From contig JAHRHZ010000056.1 in NCBI GenBank assembly GCA_024137785.1, forward strand, positions 22,606,990 to 22,670,989: DNA of 64,000 nucleotides. The letters run 5' to 3'. The notes under the pieces are model-generated. The model was not told the DNA's origin, ran no database searches, and was given only the letters and a program-made list of their open reading frames with translations. The stretch's first letter is position 1. The number at the start of each line of letters is the position of its first letter. The stretch comes from Ginglymostoma cirratum. Lineage: Eukaryota. A program made the position numbers and the translations under genes. This document shows, piece after piece, positions 26,636-40,290 of the stretch.

Positions 26636-27220
26636 AATGATCAGTTAACAAGGTGTGGAGCTGGATGAACACAGCAGGCCTGGCAGCATCATAGGAGCAG
26701 GAAAGCTTGACGTTTNNNNNNNNNNNNNNNNNNNNNNNNNNNNNNNNNNNNNNNNNNNNNNNNNNNNNNNNNNNNNNNNNNNNNNNNNNNNNNNNNNNNN
26801 NNNNNNNNNNNNNNNNNNNNNNNNNNNNNNNNNNNNNNNNNNNNNNNNNNNNNNNNNNNNNNNNNNNNNNNNNNNNNNNNNNNNNNNNNNNNNNNNNNNN
26901 NNNNNNNNNNNNNNNNNNNNNNNNNNNNNNNNNNNNNNNNNNNNNNNNNNNNNNNNNNNNNNNNNNNNNNNNNNNNNNNNNNNNNNNNNNNNNNNNNNNN
27001 NNNNNNNNNNNNNNNNNNNNNNNNNNNNNNNNNNNNNNNNNNNNNNNNNNNNNNNNNNNNNNNNNNNNNNNNNNNNNNNNNNNNNNNNNNNNNNNNNNNN
27101 NNNNNNNNNNNNNNNTTTCCTGCTCCTATGATGCTGCCAGGCCTGCTGTGTTCATCCAGCTCCACACCTTATCTCTGATTCTCCAGCATCTGCAGTACCT
27201 ATTATCAATGATCAGTTAAC
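26636..27220. mobile_element. Penelope-derived foldback element spanning an assembly gap, with 14-bp TSD
   Basis: Inverted arms on both sides of the N run; aatgatcagttaac at 26636-26649 and 27207-27220. Confidence 0.85.
26716..27115. other. Assembly gap (400 N)
   Basis: Directly visible. Confidence 0.99.
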
Positions 27221-27466
27221 CTGTTTGTGTGCTGGTTGAAAAGTGAATTTTGTAACGAAGCAACAATGTTTGAATAACACGTTAGTCTAACAGAGCAAAT
27301 TTCGGTTGAATATTTTCCTTGCAGTTCAATGAAGTTTCAGCCTGGATTACATGTTAAAATTTTGGACTGACATCCTCATCTTCAGTTGAACTTTATCACA
27401 TGAGACAAAGTGATTTTCAAGACTCAGAATTCTGCATGTCCTACTTAAATATAAATGATCACTTAC

Positions 27467-27502
27467 CTTGGATAGTTTTATAATACTTGCTATGTGTTCT
27501 AT
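27467..27502 (-). CDS. PSMD11: PSMD11 exon 11, 36 bp
   Basis: cttacAG|...|GTaagt; IEHIASIIKLSK. Confidence 0.96.
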
Positions 27503-27779
27503 CTGTAAGATTAAGAAAAAGACATTTTCAGTCTCCAAGTCACCATTAAAAAAGAGACAATTAAAAAGGAACAGTTACAATTCATGTGTCATAATGGCAT
27601 GCAAGCATCAAAACATGATAAAGCATCCAAACAAGTTATCTCTTGTTCAAAAGAATTGGCCAAAAATACAGTGCTCTAAATACTTATAAACATGAACATA
27701 AAACACACAAAGTAACAGTTCAAAAAGTGTCCAGTATGCAGTCTTTATTCTACAACAATGGCCAGTTTGAAAATGATTG

Positions 27780-28620
27780 GAACCATACATAGCAATAATT
27801 TGAGGGCTAGAAAATCATAAAGCTGCATAAATAGAGGTATTGAGCACAAAGGCAAAATAACTAATACTGATCCTTCATAAAGCTCAGGCTTGGCCCCTAC
27901 GAAATAATGAATCCAGTCATAACATTTTAGGAAGGCTACGAAGATCCTTGAAAAGACACACAGTGGGGACACGATGGGTCGCAGAGCCAAGGTCCCAGCA
28001 CGCATAGGTGGTGAGGCGTGGTTTGCTTGAAGGACTGTAACGCTGAACTTTTAATATTTGTTTTTTTAAAAACTTATTGCTAAGATTTTGTATCTTTTTA
28101 CATTAGATGATACCATAAGTGTTGAATTGTAAACATTTCACTGTACTCACGTCAGTAAATGTGACAATAAACCTAATTCTATTATTTACTAGAATGATTC
28201 TTCCAATTAAATGATTTTAGCAACAAGGTCAGGTTTGAGAATTGGGTTATTCTCCTTGGAGTAAAGAGGATTGAGGGGAATTTGGAGAGATGCACAAGAA
28301 TGAGAGAATGGTTTTTGGGAGGGGCTGCCTTTTACCCAATAGTAATTAGGTACAGATTTAAAGATTTTGGGCAACAAATACAGCAGAAACATCAGGGAAA
28401 AAATTTCATTTTCCAGTGGCAGTGACTTGGCCAATGCTCTAAGTGTGGCAGAAGTCAAGACTACCAATAACTTTTCAAAGAAATCAGAGGGTAATAAATT
28501 TGCAGGGTTACAAGGATAGATGAGGTAAATAGGACCGACCAGATTGCTGCACTAAGAGCCATCGTGGACTTGATGGGCCAAACAGTTGTCCTCCTGTGGT
28601 GTGAAAACTATGACTCTATT
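27780..28620 (+). mobile_element. Decayed CR1 LINE 3' fragment
   Basis: cataaatagaggtattgagcacaaa (INRGIEYK-like), ttctccttggagtaaagaggattgagggga, tail tatgactctat. Confidence 0.65.
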
Positions 28621-28659
28621 TTATTTAAATTCTTTTACAAAATTTTAAGCTTCTGGAAA

Positions 28660-29640
28660 GGTCAACCTTTGTTGTCCATCCTTGATTGCCTTTGAGATGG
28701 TGGCATTGAGCATTTCTTGCACCGCCGCAGTCCATGTGGTGAGATAAAAGGTACTGCAGATGCTGGAGAATCCGAGATAACAAGGCATGGGGCTGGATGA
28801 ACACAGCAGGCCAAGCAGCATCTCCATGATGCTGCTTGGCCTGCTGTGTTCATCCAGCACCACGCCTTGTTATCCTGCAGTCCATGTGGTACAGGTTTAC
28901 CCACAATGCTGTTCAGAAGAGGTGTAGATGTTGATCCATTGACAATGTAAGGTGATACAGTTTCAAGTCAAGACAGTGAAACTTGCAGACGATGTCAACC
29001 TCCAACATCCATGGTAGTAGTCATGGGTTTGGAAGGTGCTGTCAAAGAAGACTTAGCAAGTTGCTGCATTGCAGCATGTATGTAGTACATACAGCTACTG
29101 CTGTGTATTGGTAATGGAATTAGTGGAAGTTTATCTGTGATGGATGGGTACCAAACAAGCAGGCTGCTTTGTCCTGAATGCAGTCGAGTTCAGAGTGTTG
29201 TTGGAGGTGTACTCAGCTGGGCAAGTGGAGAGTATACAGTCACTGTCCTGATTTGTGATTGTATGTGGTAGACAGACTTTGGCAAATCAGAAGGCAAGTC
29301 ATGCGCCACAGAATTCCCAGTCTCTGATATGGTCTTCGTCACAATATTTATATGGCTAGTCCAGGTCAGTTCCTGGTCAAATGCTACCTCCGCCAAATGT
29401 TAACAGTCACATGTTGGCAGATTCAGTGATGGCAGTGTCATTGAAATTCAAAGGGAGGAGATTAGATTCTTTTGTTGGAAGTGGGCATTGCTTGCCACAC
29501 AGGTGTCCAGCCACATTCACACCACACATCAACCAAACCTGGATGATATTCAGTTCTGATTGCATATGAACAGCCGACTTGCAGTATCCAAGAAATTACA
29601 GATGGTACTAAACAACTCAACATTGTACAGTATGTATACC
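28660..29640 (-). mobile_element. Decayed non-LTR retrotransposon fragment hosting the 28741 hairpin
   Basis: Minus-strand DQELTWTSHINIV...QIRTVTVYSPLA resembles a LINE ORF2 C-terminus; similar to 14750-15380. Confidence 0.65.
28727..28890. mobile_element. Penelope-derived near-perfect hairpin with 14-bp TSD
   Basis: 47-bp arms 28776-28822 / 28828-28874, 2 mismatches; TSD gcagtccatgtggt at 28727-28740 and 28877-28890. Confidence 0.9.
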
Positions 29641-30024
29641 TCCAACCTTTCCCTCCCTCAACTCCTTTCTGTTGAAAGTGTGCTCCCAAAATGATTATAA
29701 AGTCTGACTTCCTCAACTTTCCAAATGACACCTCTTAGATCATATTCCCTATTAGGACTCTGTTCTGAGTCTTGGCTATTTCTATTTCAATAATGCAGCC
29801 TTCTAATGTTCACAATTTTGAAATGCTTCAGGGTTCAAACAACTCAGCTTAATCTGGACTGAGGAGCTTCTTTTACTGACACTAAAGGCTCTGACAGCAA
29901 GAAAGAGTGAATCCCAATGGTGTTGAAATGCTGGGGGACTGCTATAATTGATGAGCTCACTGCAGTCACATACCCAGGGTCCTGCTGCCATAGCTCTCTG
30001 ATTCACCACAAAGATTATCATGTT

Positions 30025-31830
30025 GCAGGAGTAGGCTGCTCAGCCCACAATGTTTGCCAAGAATATTTTAACTTATTGCCAAATCCCTACATTTCCCCGT
30101 AATTCTGCACACTTTCCACTTAAATAATCATCCAATGCCCTCTTAAATGCCTCAGTTTGAACCTGCCTGCATTACATTTCCCAGACAACTATTAATGAAG
30201 GAGCTGTACCAAAATATGACTCCTATAGAATATTTTATGTTGTTGCCCTGAGGCACAAAAATAAAACACAAGAGGGCCAGCCATAATCTGAGATTTGAGC
30301 ACAAAAATCTAGGTTGCCTGGGAAGTGCAGCGTAAGCAGGTTCAATATTTGCTGTGTGAAAACGTTTTATCTCACTGCATCTATTTTTGAAAAATAAAAT
30401 CACTCAAAATGGTGCCCTCTGCCTCTCCAGCTGTTTGCAAACAGAAATTATTGTTTCCCATCTGCTCTAACCAGACCCCTTTTGATATCGAAACCATATC
30501 AAATCTCTTCTCCTCGAAGGAAAAAAAATTGAACATTTTCAACCTTTCTTCATAACTGAAGGGTCTCAACGCTGGAAACGTTCACATAAACCCCTTCTAC
30601 ACTCCCTCCAATGCACTCCCATCCTTTCCACAATATGGTGCCCAGAACCATACACAAAACTTCAGCTGTGCTTTAACCAGTGTCTTATTCAAGGTCATTA
30701 TTGCCTCCCTGTCCTTGTATTCTATGGCTCTATCAATGAAGCTCAGAATACTGTGTGCTTTGTTAGCAGTTTTCTCTGTCCTTCCACTTTTAATGACATT
30801 CACCCAAGTCTCTGTTCTTTCACTGCCCTTAGAATGGAACCTTTATAGTGTTCTTCATTCAAAAGCGCATCATCGCTCATTTCTCTGCATTGAGCTTCAT
30901 CTGACAAACTGCCTCCAGTTCATCCATCAGTGTTTTTTGAAGATCTATATGATGTTCCTCACGTGTACAACTCTCCAAGTTGCGTGTTAGCTGCAATTGA
31001 AATGGCCCACTACACATCAAGATTTATATCATTTATATCATTTATGTAAAACAAGGAAAAACAAGGGTCCCAACATGGTCCCTGGGGAGCTGCACTACAA
31101 CTCCTTCCAACCCAATTATACCCATTAATCAACACACCATATCCTACTATTCAGCCAATTTTGTATGCACATTAATACTGCCCTTTTCATTCCTGAATCT
31201 ATCACTTTCCTCAAAAAAAAGTGTGTTTTATGCCATTGTATCAAGTGTATTTTGGAAGTCCATGCACACCAGACCAATCGCCTTGCCTTCAAAATCCTCT
31301 CTTACCTCTTCCAAAACCTTTAAGCAAGTCAGTTAGATATGATTTTCCCTTAAATAGGTGTTGACTCCTGAGTCAATCTACATTTTACCATGTGACAATT
31401 AGTTCTATTTGGAGTAACCCTTTCTCGAAGCTGCCCCTTCACGGAAGTTAAACTGACTGGTCAAAATTGCTGGACCAATCTTTACAACCTTTTGAAAACA
31501 AGATGGTCATGTTTCCAATTACCCAATCCTCCAGCATCACCTCTTAATACAAGGAAAATTGTAAGATTTTTGTCAGTGACTGTGCAATTTCCACACTCAC
31601 TTCATTCAACGCCCATGGATGCATCTCATCCAATCCTGGTTTATTAACTCTAATTACTGACGACTTATCCAATTTCTCCTCAATTTTAATTCAAGATCTT
31701 CTCCTGTCATCACGGTCTGGGTAGCTTCTATCTTGTAAAGACAAACGCAAAGTATTCATTTAATATCCCAGCCATGCCTCTTGGCTACATGCATAAACTC
31801 TGGTTCCTAGTGGGCGCTACTCCTCCTATT
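30025..31830 (-). mobile_element. Decayed CR1 LINE
   Basis: ORFs KAHSILSFIDRAIEYK..TLVKAQLKFCVWFWAPY and FSYEERLK; ggaagtccatgcacac (VCMDFQ on the minus strand). Confidence 0.8.
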
Positions 31831-32257
31831 ATGTTTAGGTGAGGGAAGAGGTAGGTGGCACAGTCGTCGAACAGGACAGTCAACAAGAAACATGACCACT
31901 AAGACAGCAAGTCTGGGAGCAGCAGAAACCACAAGTTAGAGTGGGAACAGCAAGACGATGAGTTACGTAGTAAATGCCAATCCAAAATGGCCCTGATTTG
32001 GCACACATGGCCAGACATACCGACCCAAAATGACTCTACAACAAATCTCGTGGGTCCAAGCCAGAAAACAGGCCCCATTCATCGAACAAATATAAAAATG
32101 ACAACATGGGGCAACTTTAAACTTTCAGACCATGCAAGTTACACTGACGAAACCTTTTTGTCTTAAGGTCAGAGTTAGAATTAATTTCAGAATGGATCCA
32201 AGACCTGTTGAATACAAATACTATGGAAACTTATTTCCTTCACATACTTGCAATTAC

Positions 32258-32383
32258 CTGAACTCTGGAGAAAGGCTCAATCACTCTGATAAGATTCTGC
32301 TCCAATAAGTTGTCATACAGCTTTGCCAAATGTGTGGTGATAATTGGATCATCCCGTAGCTCTGCTTGGAAATCTGTTAAAGC
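32258..32383 (-). CDS. PSMD11: PSMD11 exon 10, 126 bp (PCI domain)
   Basis: ttcgcAG|...|GTaatt; [42 protein letters not shown]. Confidence 0.98.
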
Positions 32384-32429
32384 CTGCGAACCAGAACAGC
32401 AGAATTTTAATTGAGTGAAAAGTATTTCC

Positions 32430-32760
32430 TGAACTCCCAGAGTAATATTAAAGGAATGCTGCACTGTCAGAGGTACAATCATTTGATATGAGAAACTGAA
32501 GCGCCATTTGCTCTCTGGTAGATCAAAAGAATCATGGTTGCAGTGTGACAAAGAAAAGGAATGTCTTCTCAGGTACCCTAGCCAATATTTAATATCAATT
32601 ATCACAAAGTATATTGCAGATCATCACACTGCTGTCTGTGGGAATGTGATGGTTGCAAATTAGCTGCTGTGTTTCTACATTAAATGATTGACCACACTGC
32701 AAAAGCACTTTTTTGGCTGTCAAGTGGTTTGGGACATTGTGGTCATGAAAGATGCTACTT
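32430..32760 (+). mobile_element. Deu-domain SINE (SacSINE1/AmnSINE1-like)
   Basis: ggaatgctgcactgtcagaggt...gccaatattt...atcacactgctgtctgtggga...gcaaattagctgc...tggctgtcaagtggtttgggaca matches the recalled DeuSINE consensus. Confidence 0.75.
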
Positions 32761-33790
32761 AAACTAACAGAAAATCAGTCAAAGTCTGAGTGATATGCCA
32801 GGCTGTCTGAATTTAGAATTTGATTTCAAAACGATTACATTTATTCCACTAAACTACCAAGTCATTGTGGAAGATTAATCATTAACCACCCAAGTAGAAA
32901 CTTCAAACCTATTGGACAGCTGCGATAACAATGAAACAGCATTTACTCTATTCTCTAGTCAAACAAACAAGCTTGCCACACACAAAAAAAAACAACGTAG
33001 CTATATTAAAGTCAGACAGCCTTTAAGAACAATTGCAATTCAGGTGGATGCAGTCAAATACCATTCAGAATAACTTTTGGTAACATCCACTGAACAACAG
33101 TTTAGGGACCAAAATCTGGTTCAACGTACCAAGTTTACAAAAATGTATTATCACCATCTATGCTCAGCATGTGGTGATAACAAAACCAGCTTGCAAGTAC
33201 CTTGTTATAAATAGCAAACAAAATTAGAACCCAGACTTTTAATTTTTGATCATGTTTTTATTCAATTTTACAAAGCAGGATTCATGTACTTCCACATGCC
33301 ATGATCTCCATTTTCAATTGGGGGTGTACACATTCAGCTGTAAATCCCTTATCAAGAAAAGACTGTTGCTTTTGTGGAATGCTCAGTGGCAACTCACACC
33401 CTCCCATCCCCAAAACTGCATCAAATATTGTGTACATTTGCAGCTCACCTGTAAGTACAAAGAGGAGGATATATGTCAGGAAAAATGCTTCCCCATTCCT
33501 TGTATGGATAATTTTACACACTGTTGTCCAGTTGAAAACTTTTCATAGACATGTTCTGTGAAACTTAAAGTGGCCTGTGGGCCACCCAGTAATTTCACTT
33601 CGAAACCATTTCCTCCACAAATAGTTAAAGTTCTCCATATAAATGTTGTGCAATGGAAAGGCAAACACATCAATTCTTTTCTGTTAACTAGAACTTAAAG
33701 CCCCTAATAAACAGAATCTCTCTACTCTAGGCTCTGCATACCATTAATTATCAGTGAAGTTTCTCATTAATTGTTTTTTGGACAACTTAC

Positions 33791-33853
33791 CTTTTCAAAA
33801 TCAGCCAGTGATCGATTCTTACTTGCTTTGGCCACACATTTTAGCGAATCAGT
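33791..33853 (-). CDS. PSMD11: PSMD11 exon 9, 63 bp
   Basis: ttttaAG|...|GTaagt; TDSLKCVAKASKNRSLADFEK. Confidence 0.96.
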
Positions 33854-34758
33854 CTTAAAATAAAAAAGATAACCATTAGTGGAGATGAAATTTATAGTTA
33901 TAGTCTATCAAGTCACAAATTAAAAATACCAGAGGCAAAAAATAACTCAAGACTATTTTATGACATACCCATCTGTGTCTTAAAGTTACATAACATTTCA
34001 TCCTAGATTTTGTCCAAAGGATAATAACACAAAATTCAATTGAGTGTTTATTTCAGGACCAAGAAAAGACAGCAAGCTGATAACTTACTTTCCCTGTTAT
34101 TTCAAAACCAACTTCTATTCTACACAAGTGCTATCGCGTGCTTTCCCATCATGTTTTTCAGTTACATTAAGAGCCAATACTAAAATTGATGCTTTTTATG
34201 CTGATGAACATACTCTTTGCCTTCTCGGTCAACATTATTTGCATGGTTCAACATGGTCCACACAAATACAAAATATAAAAATACAAGTACTTATTGAAAG
34301 TGTCTATCGGCCGAACGTTGGGCTTGAATCCCAGGTTCTCCACAGCCCATCTTTCTTCTATGTTACAAAATTGTTTCTGAAATGACATGCTCACTTGATG
34401 GGGTAATGGGTAAATGCATCAGTGGTGGGACCATGGCAAATAGACCAGGAAGGTTGTGAATTTGATCCTTAATTATTGTTGATGAATCAAGTAAGCTTAG
34501 CACAACAATTGCTACAATCAACAATCCTGGGCTTTTGGAGTCTGGTCAGAAGTGCATAGGTAGTATTAAGTTTTTGTCCATTACTGTTGAACATTTGGTA
34601 AGTCAAGCCTTTTTGGATGAAATACAGAAATCTTCCAGCTTTGAGAGACAGGAAAAGTGGGTGGAAAAATGAAATTGTGCTCAACTACTAATACACCGGA
34701 GATCCAGGCCTGGAGAGAAAGGTGGGAAACTGATTCGGATACTGCATTGGAAAGGAAG

Positions 34759-35187
34759 CAGTAGTACCAATAATGTGGACTTCACAAGCTTCAAAAATCT
34801 CCCCTCCCCTGATTGCATCCCAAAACCAGCCCAACTCGTCCCTGCCTCCCTAACCATTCCTCCCACCTCAAGCCCCACCCCCATCTCCTACCCACTAACC
34901 TCATCCCGCCTCCTTGACCTGACCTATCCCCTCCCTAACTCCCCACCTACATTCACCTTTACTGGCTCCAACCCCGCCTCTTTGACCTGTCTGTCTCCTC
35001 TCCACCTATCTTCTGCTCTATCCATCTTCTATCCGCCTCCCCCCTCTCCCTATTTATTTCAGGATCCCCTTCCCCCCTCCCATTTCTGAAGAAGGGGCTC
35101 GACCTGAAACATCAGCTTTCCTGCTCTTCTGATGCTGCTTGGCCTGTGTTCATCCAGCTCTACACCTTGTTATCTCAGTAGTACCAA
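34759..35187 (+). mobile_element. 5'-truncated Penelope 3' end (C-rich tract, hammerhead core 35086-35113) with 12-bp TSD
   Basis: TSD cagtagtaccaa at 34759-34770 and 35176-35187; CTGAAGA aggggctcgacct GAAACATC. Confidence 0.85.
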
Positions 35188-35631
35188 ATACTTTTCTTCA
35201 CATCTGTTTTTCCACATGTTGTTAACATGTTTGCAAAAAAAAAACTCAGTAAATACTTTTAGATAACTCTACCTTGCTTTCTTCAAATACAGTCTTTGTT
35301 TACCCATTAAGACTATTCTATTGAATGAATCATTTCCTGACAGGCCCCAATATCATCAACTATTATACTCGTATAGAAAGTGGAAATCAAGTCAACTCTG
35401 GAGCCTGAATGCACGAATGACAAAAGCTTACAAAAGCAATTAGCCCATCAATGAACAGATTGCTCTGCAATTCTTCATTATGGAAGACAAGGAGGAAGTT
35501 ATGTCTTACGCCAGGAAAATTGACAATGAAGTACTTAAAACAATCTGAGTGTAACAGACAAAATCCATACTTGGCCTCATTTCCTTCCCCATCTTTTTTG
35601 GAAATTAAGTAACATTGAATTTGTACTTTAC

Positions 35632-35692
35632 CTGTCGCCCAGCATATCGGAGTGCTAGCTTCCCACTCACCAATGCCTGGACATCTTCTGGT
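35632..35692 (-). CDS. PSMD11: PSMD11 exon 8, 61 bp
   Basis: ctctcAG|...|GTaaag; PEDVQALVSGKLALRYAGRQ. Confidence 0.97.
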
Positions 35693-36295
35693 CTGAGAGG
35701 AAAAACAAAGAATACACATTTATAAAATTGCTACGAGAACCATTTTTCAATTACAAGTTTCTAAAGTTCAGCCTCACAGCAAGCTTTGTTATTTCTAACA
35801 GCCTCAGCCCTTTCCAAAAGCACGGCATTGGTAGGGCAACTCTTGTCAAATCGGAATAGCTTATCTTTAAGTGACATTCACGGTATGGTGAACATCCACA
35901 ATAAAGCTAAAGCTACTGCAACCTTAGCTCCACAAGCATTGTCAAAACTACAAGCATGATATTTCTTGATCTTCAATATTAACAGTAAAGTGAAGAGAGA
36001 GTGTGTTACTAAAATTTTCACCATCAAGAAACTAGAATCAAGTGAACTGCACCACCTAGCAGCAGTATTACCCCCAAATTCAGTTGTTGTACCTCCAGGC
36101 CTTAACATCACAAGGTTTTAGTTTAATATGCCCAATACTTTCCCTACATGAAATATAATGCAAAGGCCTGTATCAACAGTTGCTGTGAAAATGGCTGGTT
36201 ACCACCTTCTTGCACTAGCCTCTCATCCCTTGATTCACTTATGAACTAAGGGAATGATGCAATTCAGCAGTTTTGATAAAAATCTTTCAAACTTA

Positions 36296-36472
<177 letters not shown>

Positions 36473-37054
36473 CTAATTTGTGAGCATGTTTCAAGTCCAT
36501 CTACTTTTTTTGCTTGGATCAACTACTTCCTCATTATATACCTCTAACAGAAGAAAATGCACAAGCAACTCCATTTGGACAGTTACAAGGTTAAAATAAT
36601 TTAACAGAACAAGAATGTTTCAAAAAGCTAGATTCTTTTATTACTTAAATGACTCAACTGATGAAGTCAATGAACAAGTGAGCCACTTAGACCACAAGAG
36701 TTTCAAGGTTTGATCTCAAAATTGTACTAACATCCAGATTTCAGAAAGCAGGCTGATAGATCACGCAACTGACCATAGTATTCCCAAATTTATGAAGAAA
36801 AGCTAGCTGGTGTTCATGCACTTGGTCATGATTCGATGACTCCTGCTGGAAGTGTAAACTACAGAGTAGTTGGTTGAGACTCACGCGAAGGTTAACTAAT
36901 TAGCTGTAGTACCAGAAAAGAATCTTGCCCTTTATAGAATGGTGTTCAAGAAAAAAGTCAACCTTTTCAAGAGAAGTAAAGGAAAGGGTGTTATGCTCGT
37001 GGCAAAAGGCTGGACAAGCAAATCATCTCTTTAAAAAGGGAAGTGGTATAGTAC

Positions 37055-37620
37055 AGGATTCATGTTGAGGTTGCACAGAACATTGATGAGGCATTTTCTG
37101 GGCTACTGTGTGTAGTTCTGCTCATCCTGCTATAGGAAGGATATTACTAAATTAGGGTTTAGATTTACCAGGATGTTGCTGGGAAGAGAGGGTCCAAGTT
37201 ATAAAAAAAACAGGCTGAGACTTTTTTAAAAACCAGAGCACGGGAGGTTAAGGGGTGACCGTACAGAGGTTTATAAAATAAGGGGCATAGATAAGGGTAT
37301 TTTCATTAGGGTTGGGAAGTTCAAAGCTAGGAGGCATTTTTAAAAGGTGAGAGGAGAAAGTTTTCAAAATCAAAAAGGACATGAGGTGCAACTTTTCTTA
37401 TATAGAGTGGTTTGCATTTGGAATGAACTGCCAGAGTAAGTGGTAGATGCAGCTACAGTTACCGTATTTAAAAAAACATTTGGATAAGTACATGCATAGA
37501 AAAAGGTTGAAGGGATGTGGGCCAAATATAGGCAAGTGGGACTATTTTAGTTTGGAAACATGGTTGTCATGGACTAGCTGGTCAAAAGGGACTGTTTTTA
37601 TGCTGTATGACTATGACGTA
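37055..37620 (+). mobile_element. CR1/HER1 LINE 3' end
   Basis: tggaatgaactgccagag, KKHLDKYMHRKRLKGCGPNIGKWD, tail tgctgtatgactatgac. Confidence 0.85.
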
Positions 37621-37779
37621 AGACTCTCTGCAATACAGAATTTCCAAGCCAAATTGTCTTTTACAAAAAAAAAATGCAATACAAGTGATGATCTTAATGC
37701 TGAAATAAAAGCTTTAAGAGGATAGATTTGCATGTGTAAGACTCCTTCATGACCCCCAGTTGTGCCAAAATACATTCTA

Positions 37780-38490
37780 TTTGGGCATAGGAAGTCCCAC
37801 AAATAGCAATGTGATGGTAGCCAGGTTTTAGTGACCTTGGCTTGAGGACACATATTTACTAGAAGTATTTACCTGAAAAAGACTTCCTCAGCCTTTTATT
37901 CTTCAGAAAAAAAGATGTGCCTTTTATTTTTTAGAAAAAAGATAAAAATGTTATTTATATCCTAACTGAGAAGATAAGGGCAGGTGATGGCCTCGTGGCA
38001 TCATCACTGGACTGTTAACCCAGAGACCCAGTTAATATTCTGAGGACCCTGCAGATGGTGGAATTGGAATTCAATACAAAAAAACCTGGAATTAAGAGTC
38101 TGATGATAAACCATGAATCCATTGTAGATGGTCAGGAAAAACCCATCTGGTTCACTAATGCCATTTAGGGAAGGAAACTGTCATCCTTACCTGGTATGTC
38201 CTATATGTGACACCAGACACACAATGTGGTGGACTTTTTACTGACCTCTGGGCAATTAGGAATGGGCAATAAATACTGGTCTAGCCAGCGATGCCCTCAT
38301 CCCATGAATGAATAAAGAAAAAAAGCTAGGTAACATCTTGGTTTTCCATCTTATCAGAAAAACAGCTCCTCCAACACAGCATCAGTCCTTAATACCGCAC
38401 TAAAGTGACAACCTAGATTATATGATCAAATCTCTAGAGTAAGAGATGAATCAATGAACTTCTGACTCTAGAAGAGTGAACAACTGTGCC
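37780..38490 (-). mobile_element. Deu-domain SINE interrupted by another SINE
   Basis: tcccacaaatagcaatgtgat...acagctcctccaacacagc...gcactaaagtgacaacctagatt resembles the reverse complement of the 32430 family. Confidence 0.6.
37978..38325 (+). mobile_element. tRNA-derived SINE with LINE-derived tail
   Basis: Head tggcctcgtggcatcatcactggact; tail gggcaattaggaatgggcaataaatactggtctagccagcgatgccctcatcccatgaatgaat, also seen at about 54260-54320 and reversed at about 23600-23640. Confidence 0.7.
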
Positions 38491-40047
38491 AATGCAAAAT
38501 GATATACCCGTTATCTCTTAACAAAAAGGTTACTAATAAATTACTAAAAAAACTTTTCTAATCTCCAGGATCATTATACGTTGCAATATGTGGCATTACA
38601 TTTTAATTGCATTTTCAATCATAGCCTATAAAACTACTTCAACTCAATTTCATCCATGACAGTCCTGTAATCACCAAAATTCATCCCCTTAATAGTGTAC
38701 AAATGTGGCAGCAATAACAACTGTCTGTAGGTAGGCTCCTCAGGTTTCACAGCTCCTATGGCTGTATCCCAGGTTTGAAAATCTCACAGCAGTAGGCGAG
38801 CTGGCTCTCTGATAGAAATGGTGCTGAATAACAAATGCACTGTCAAATGGATGAAATGCAGTTAATTAAATCACATCTGTTTTAAACAGTGTAGTAACTG
38901 GAAAAATAAACAGTGATGTTAATAATATTGCTATACCTCACAGGGCCAAGTTACTTTCAACCTGCTGCCACTACTGGTGTGGTGGAGTGGCTGGTGCTGA
39001 AGGACATGTCCCACAGTCTCAGGCTACCTCACTTAAATCTCAGCTGCCACCTTGGGGTGGTGACTTCTCAACTTGGTTTTTGATCTACCAACAGGAACAG
39101 TTGGGGATTGTTTTTTCCATCATACAACTTATTACCTTCAAGCTAATAGAGAACTACCAACTTGTTTCATTACAATGTTTCTTGATTCTCAGATATTTGG
39201 CACTTTCTTATTGTGACTTTTATACTTATCAATATTGATAGTCAGAGATCCATCCCCAGCACCAATAGCTGGTTTACCTTTTTGTGAAATCAAGCAGTCA
39301 CTATTAGGAAAAGTGTGCATTATTGGAAACAAATGCATTGCTATTTTAATCTGTTCCAAGGTCATATTTTACTCATTATTCTCATAGCTGAGCACTGTCT
39401 CCAATTCCATCAGACTGACATCAGCTTTATCCAATTTTTAAAAACTTTGTCTCCACTTACTGTGAACTTAAAAGCTAAACAATCTTGATCTAACAAGTAT
39501 CTGCACCACTTGTCTTTCCAATTCTATTTGCCTGCACCATCACTTCTGTCTGCCCTTTTCTCTCCATCCATCTGACCCTTATTCTTTCATTAAAAAATCT
39601 GTCCTCAGATGTCCTACGTTCACAGAATATTTCATCACTGACTTACTCCAACATATGCTTATTTCCTGAAATAATTCTGCAACTTTTCTCTATTTCTCTC
39701 TTGCCATCCTCCAATAGTCTGACTGAGGCACTTACTGTTTTTTTAGAAGCAACGCCATCTGCTTAATAACACACACTTCGCTGCTTTGTGCGCTTTCTAG
39801 GGGCTAGTATTTCTGACCTGCTTCTAATCCCCCTTAGAAGTTCTAACTGTTTGGATTCTGCCGTAACTCAGCCATCATTACCTTTTCTCTGCACTCGACT
39901 GCAGACTGTACAGTCACTCATCAGCAAAGCCTGGACCATTGATTAATTTACTGTGAATGACCACATTGACATCATAGCTTTAACAGGGGCGTAACGGAGG
40001 GATAAACAGAAGGAAAATTTCTACTGTAGTGCTTAAAGAAAATGCTA

Positions 40048-40290
<243 letters not shown>

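Noticed and set aside
26655-27219. Three 158-170 aa ORFs in the track
   Set aside because: They are runs of X across the N gap flanked by repeat arms.
34775-35089. Pro/Ser-rich 104-aa ORF
   Set aside because: Translation of the C-rich tract of the Penelope 3' end.
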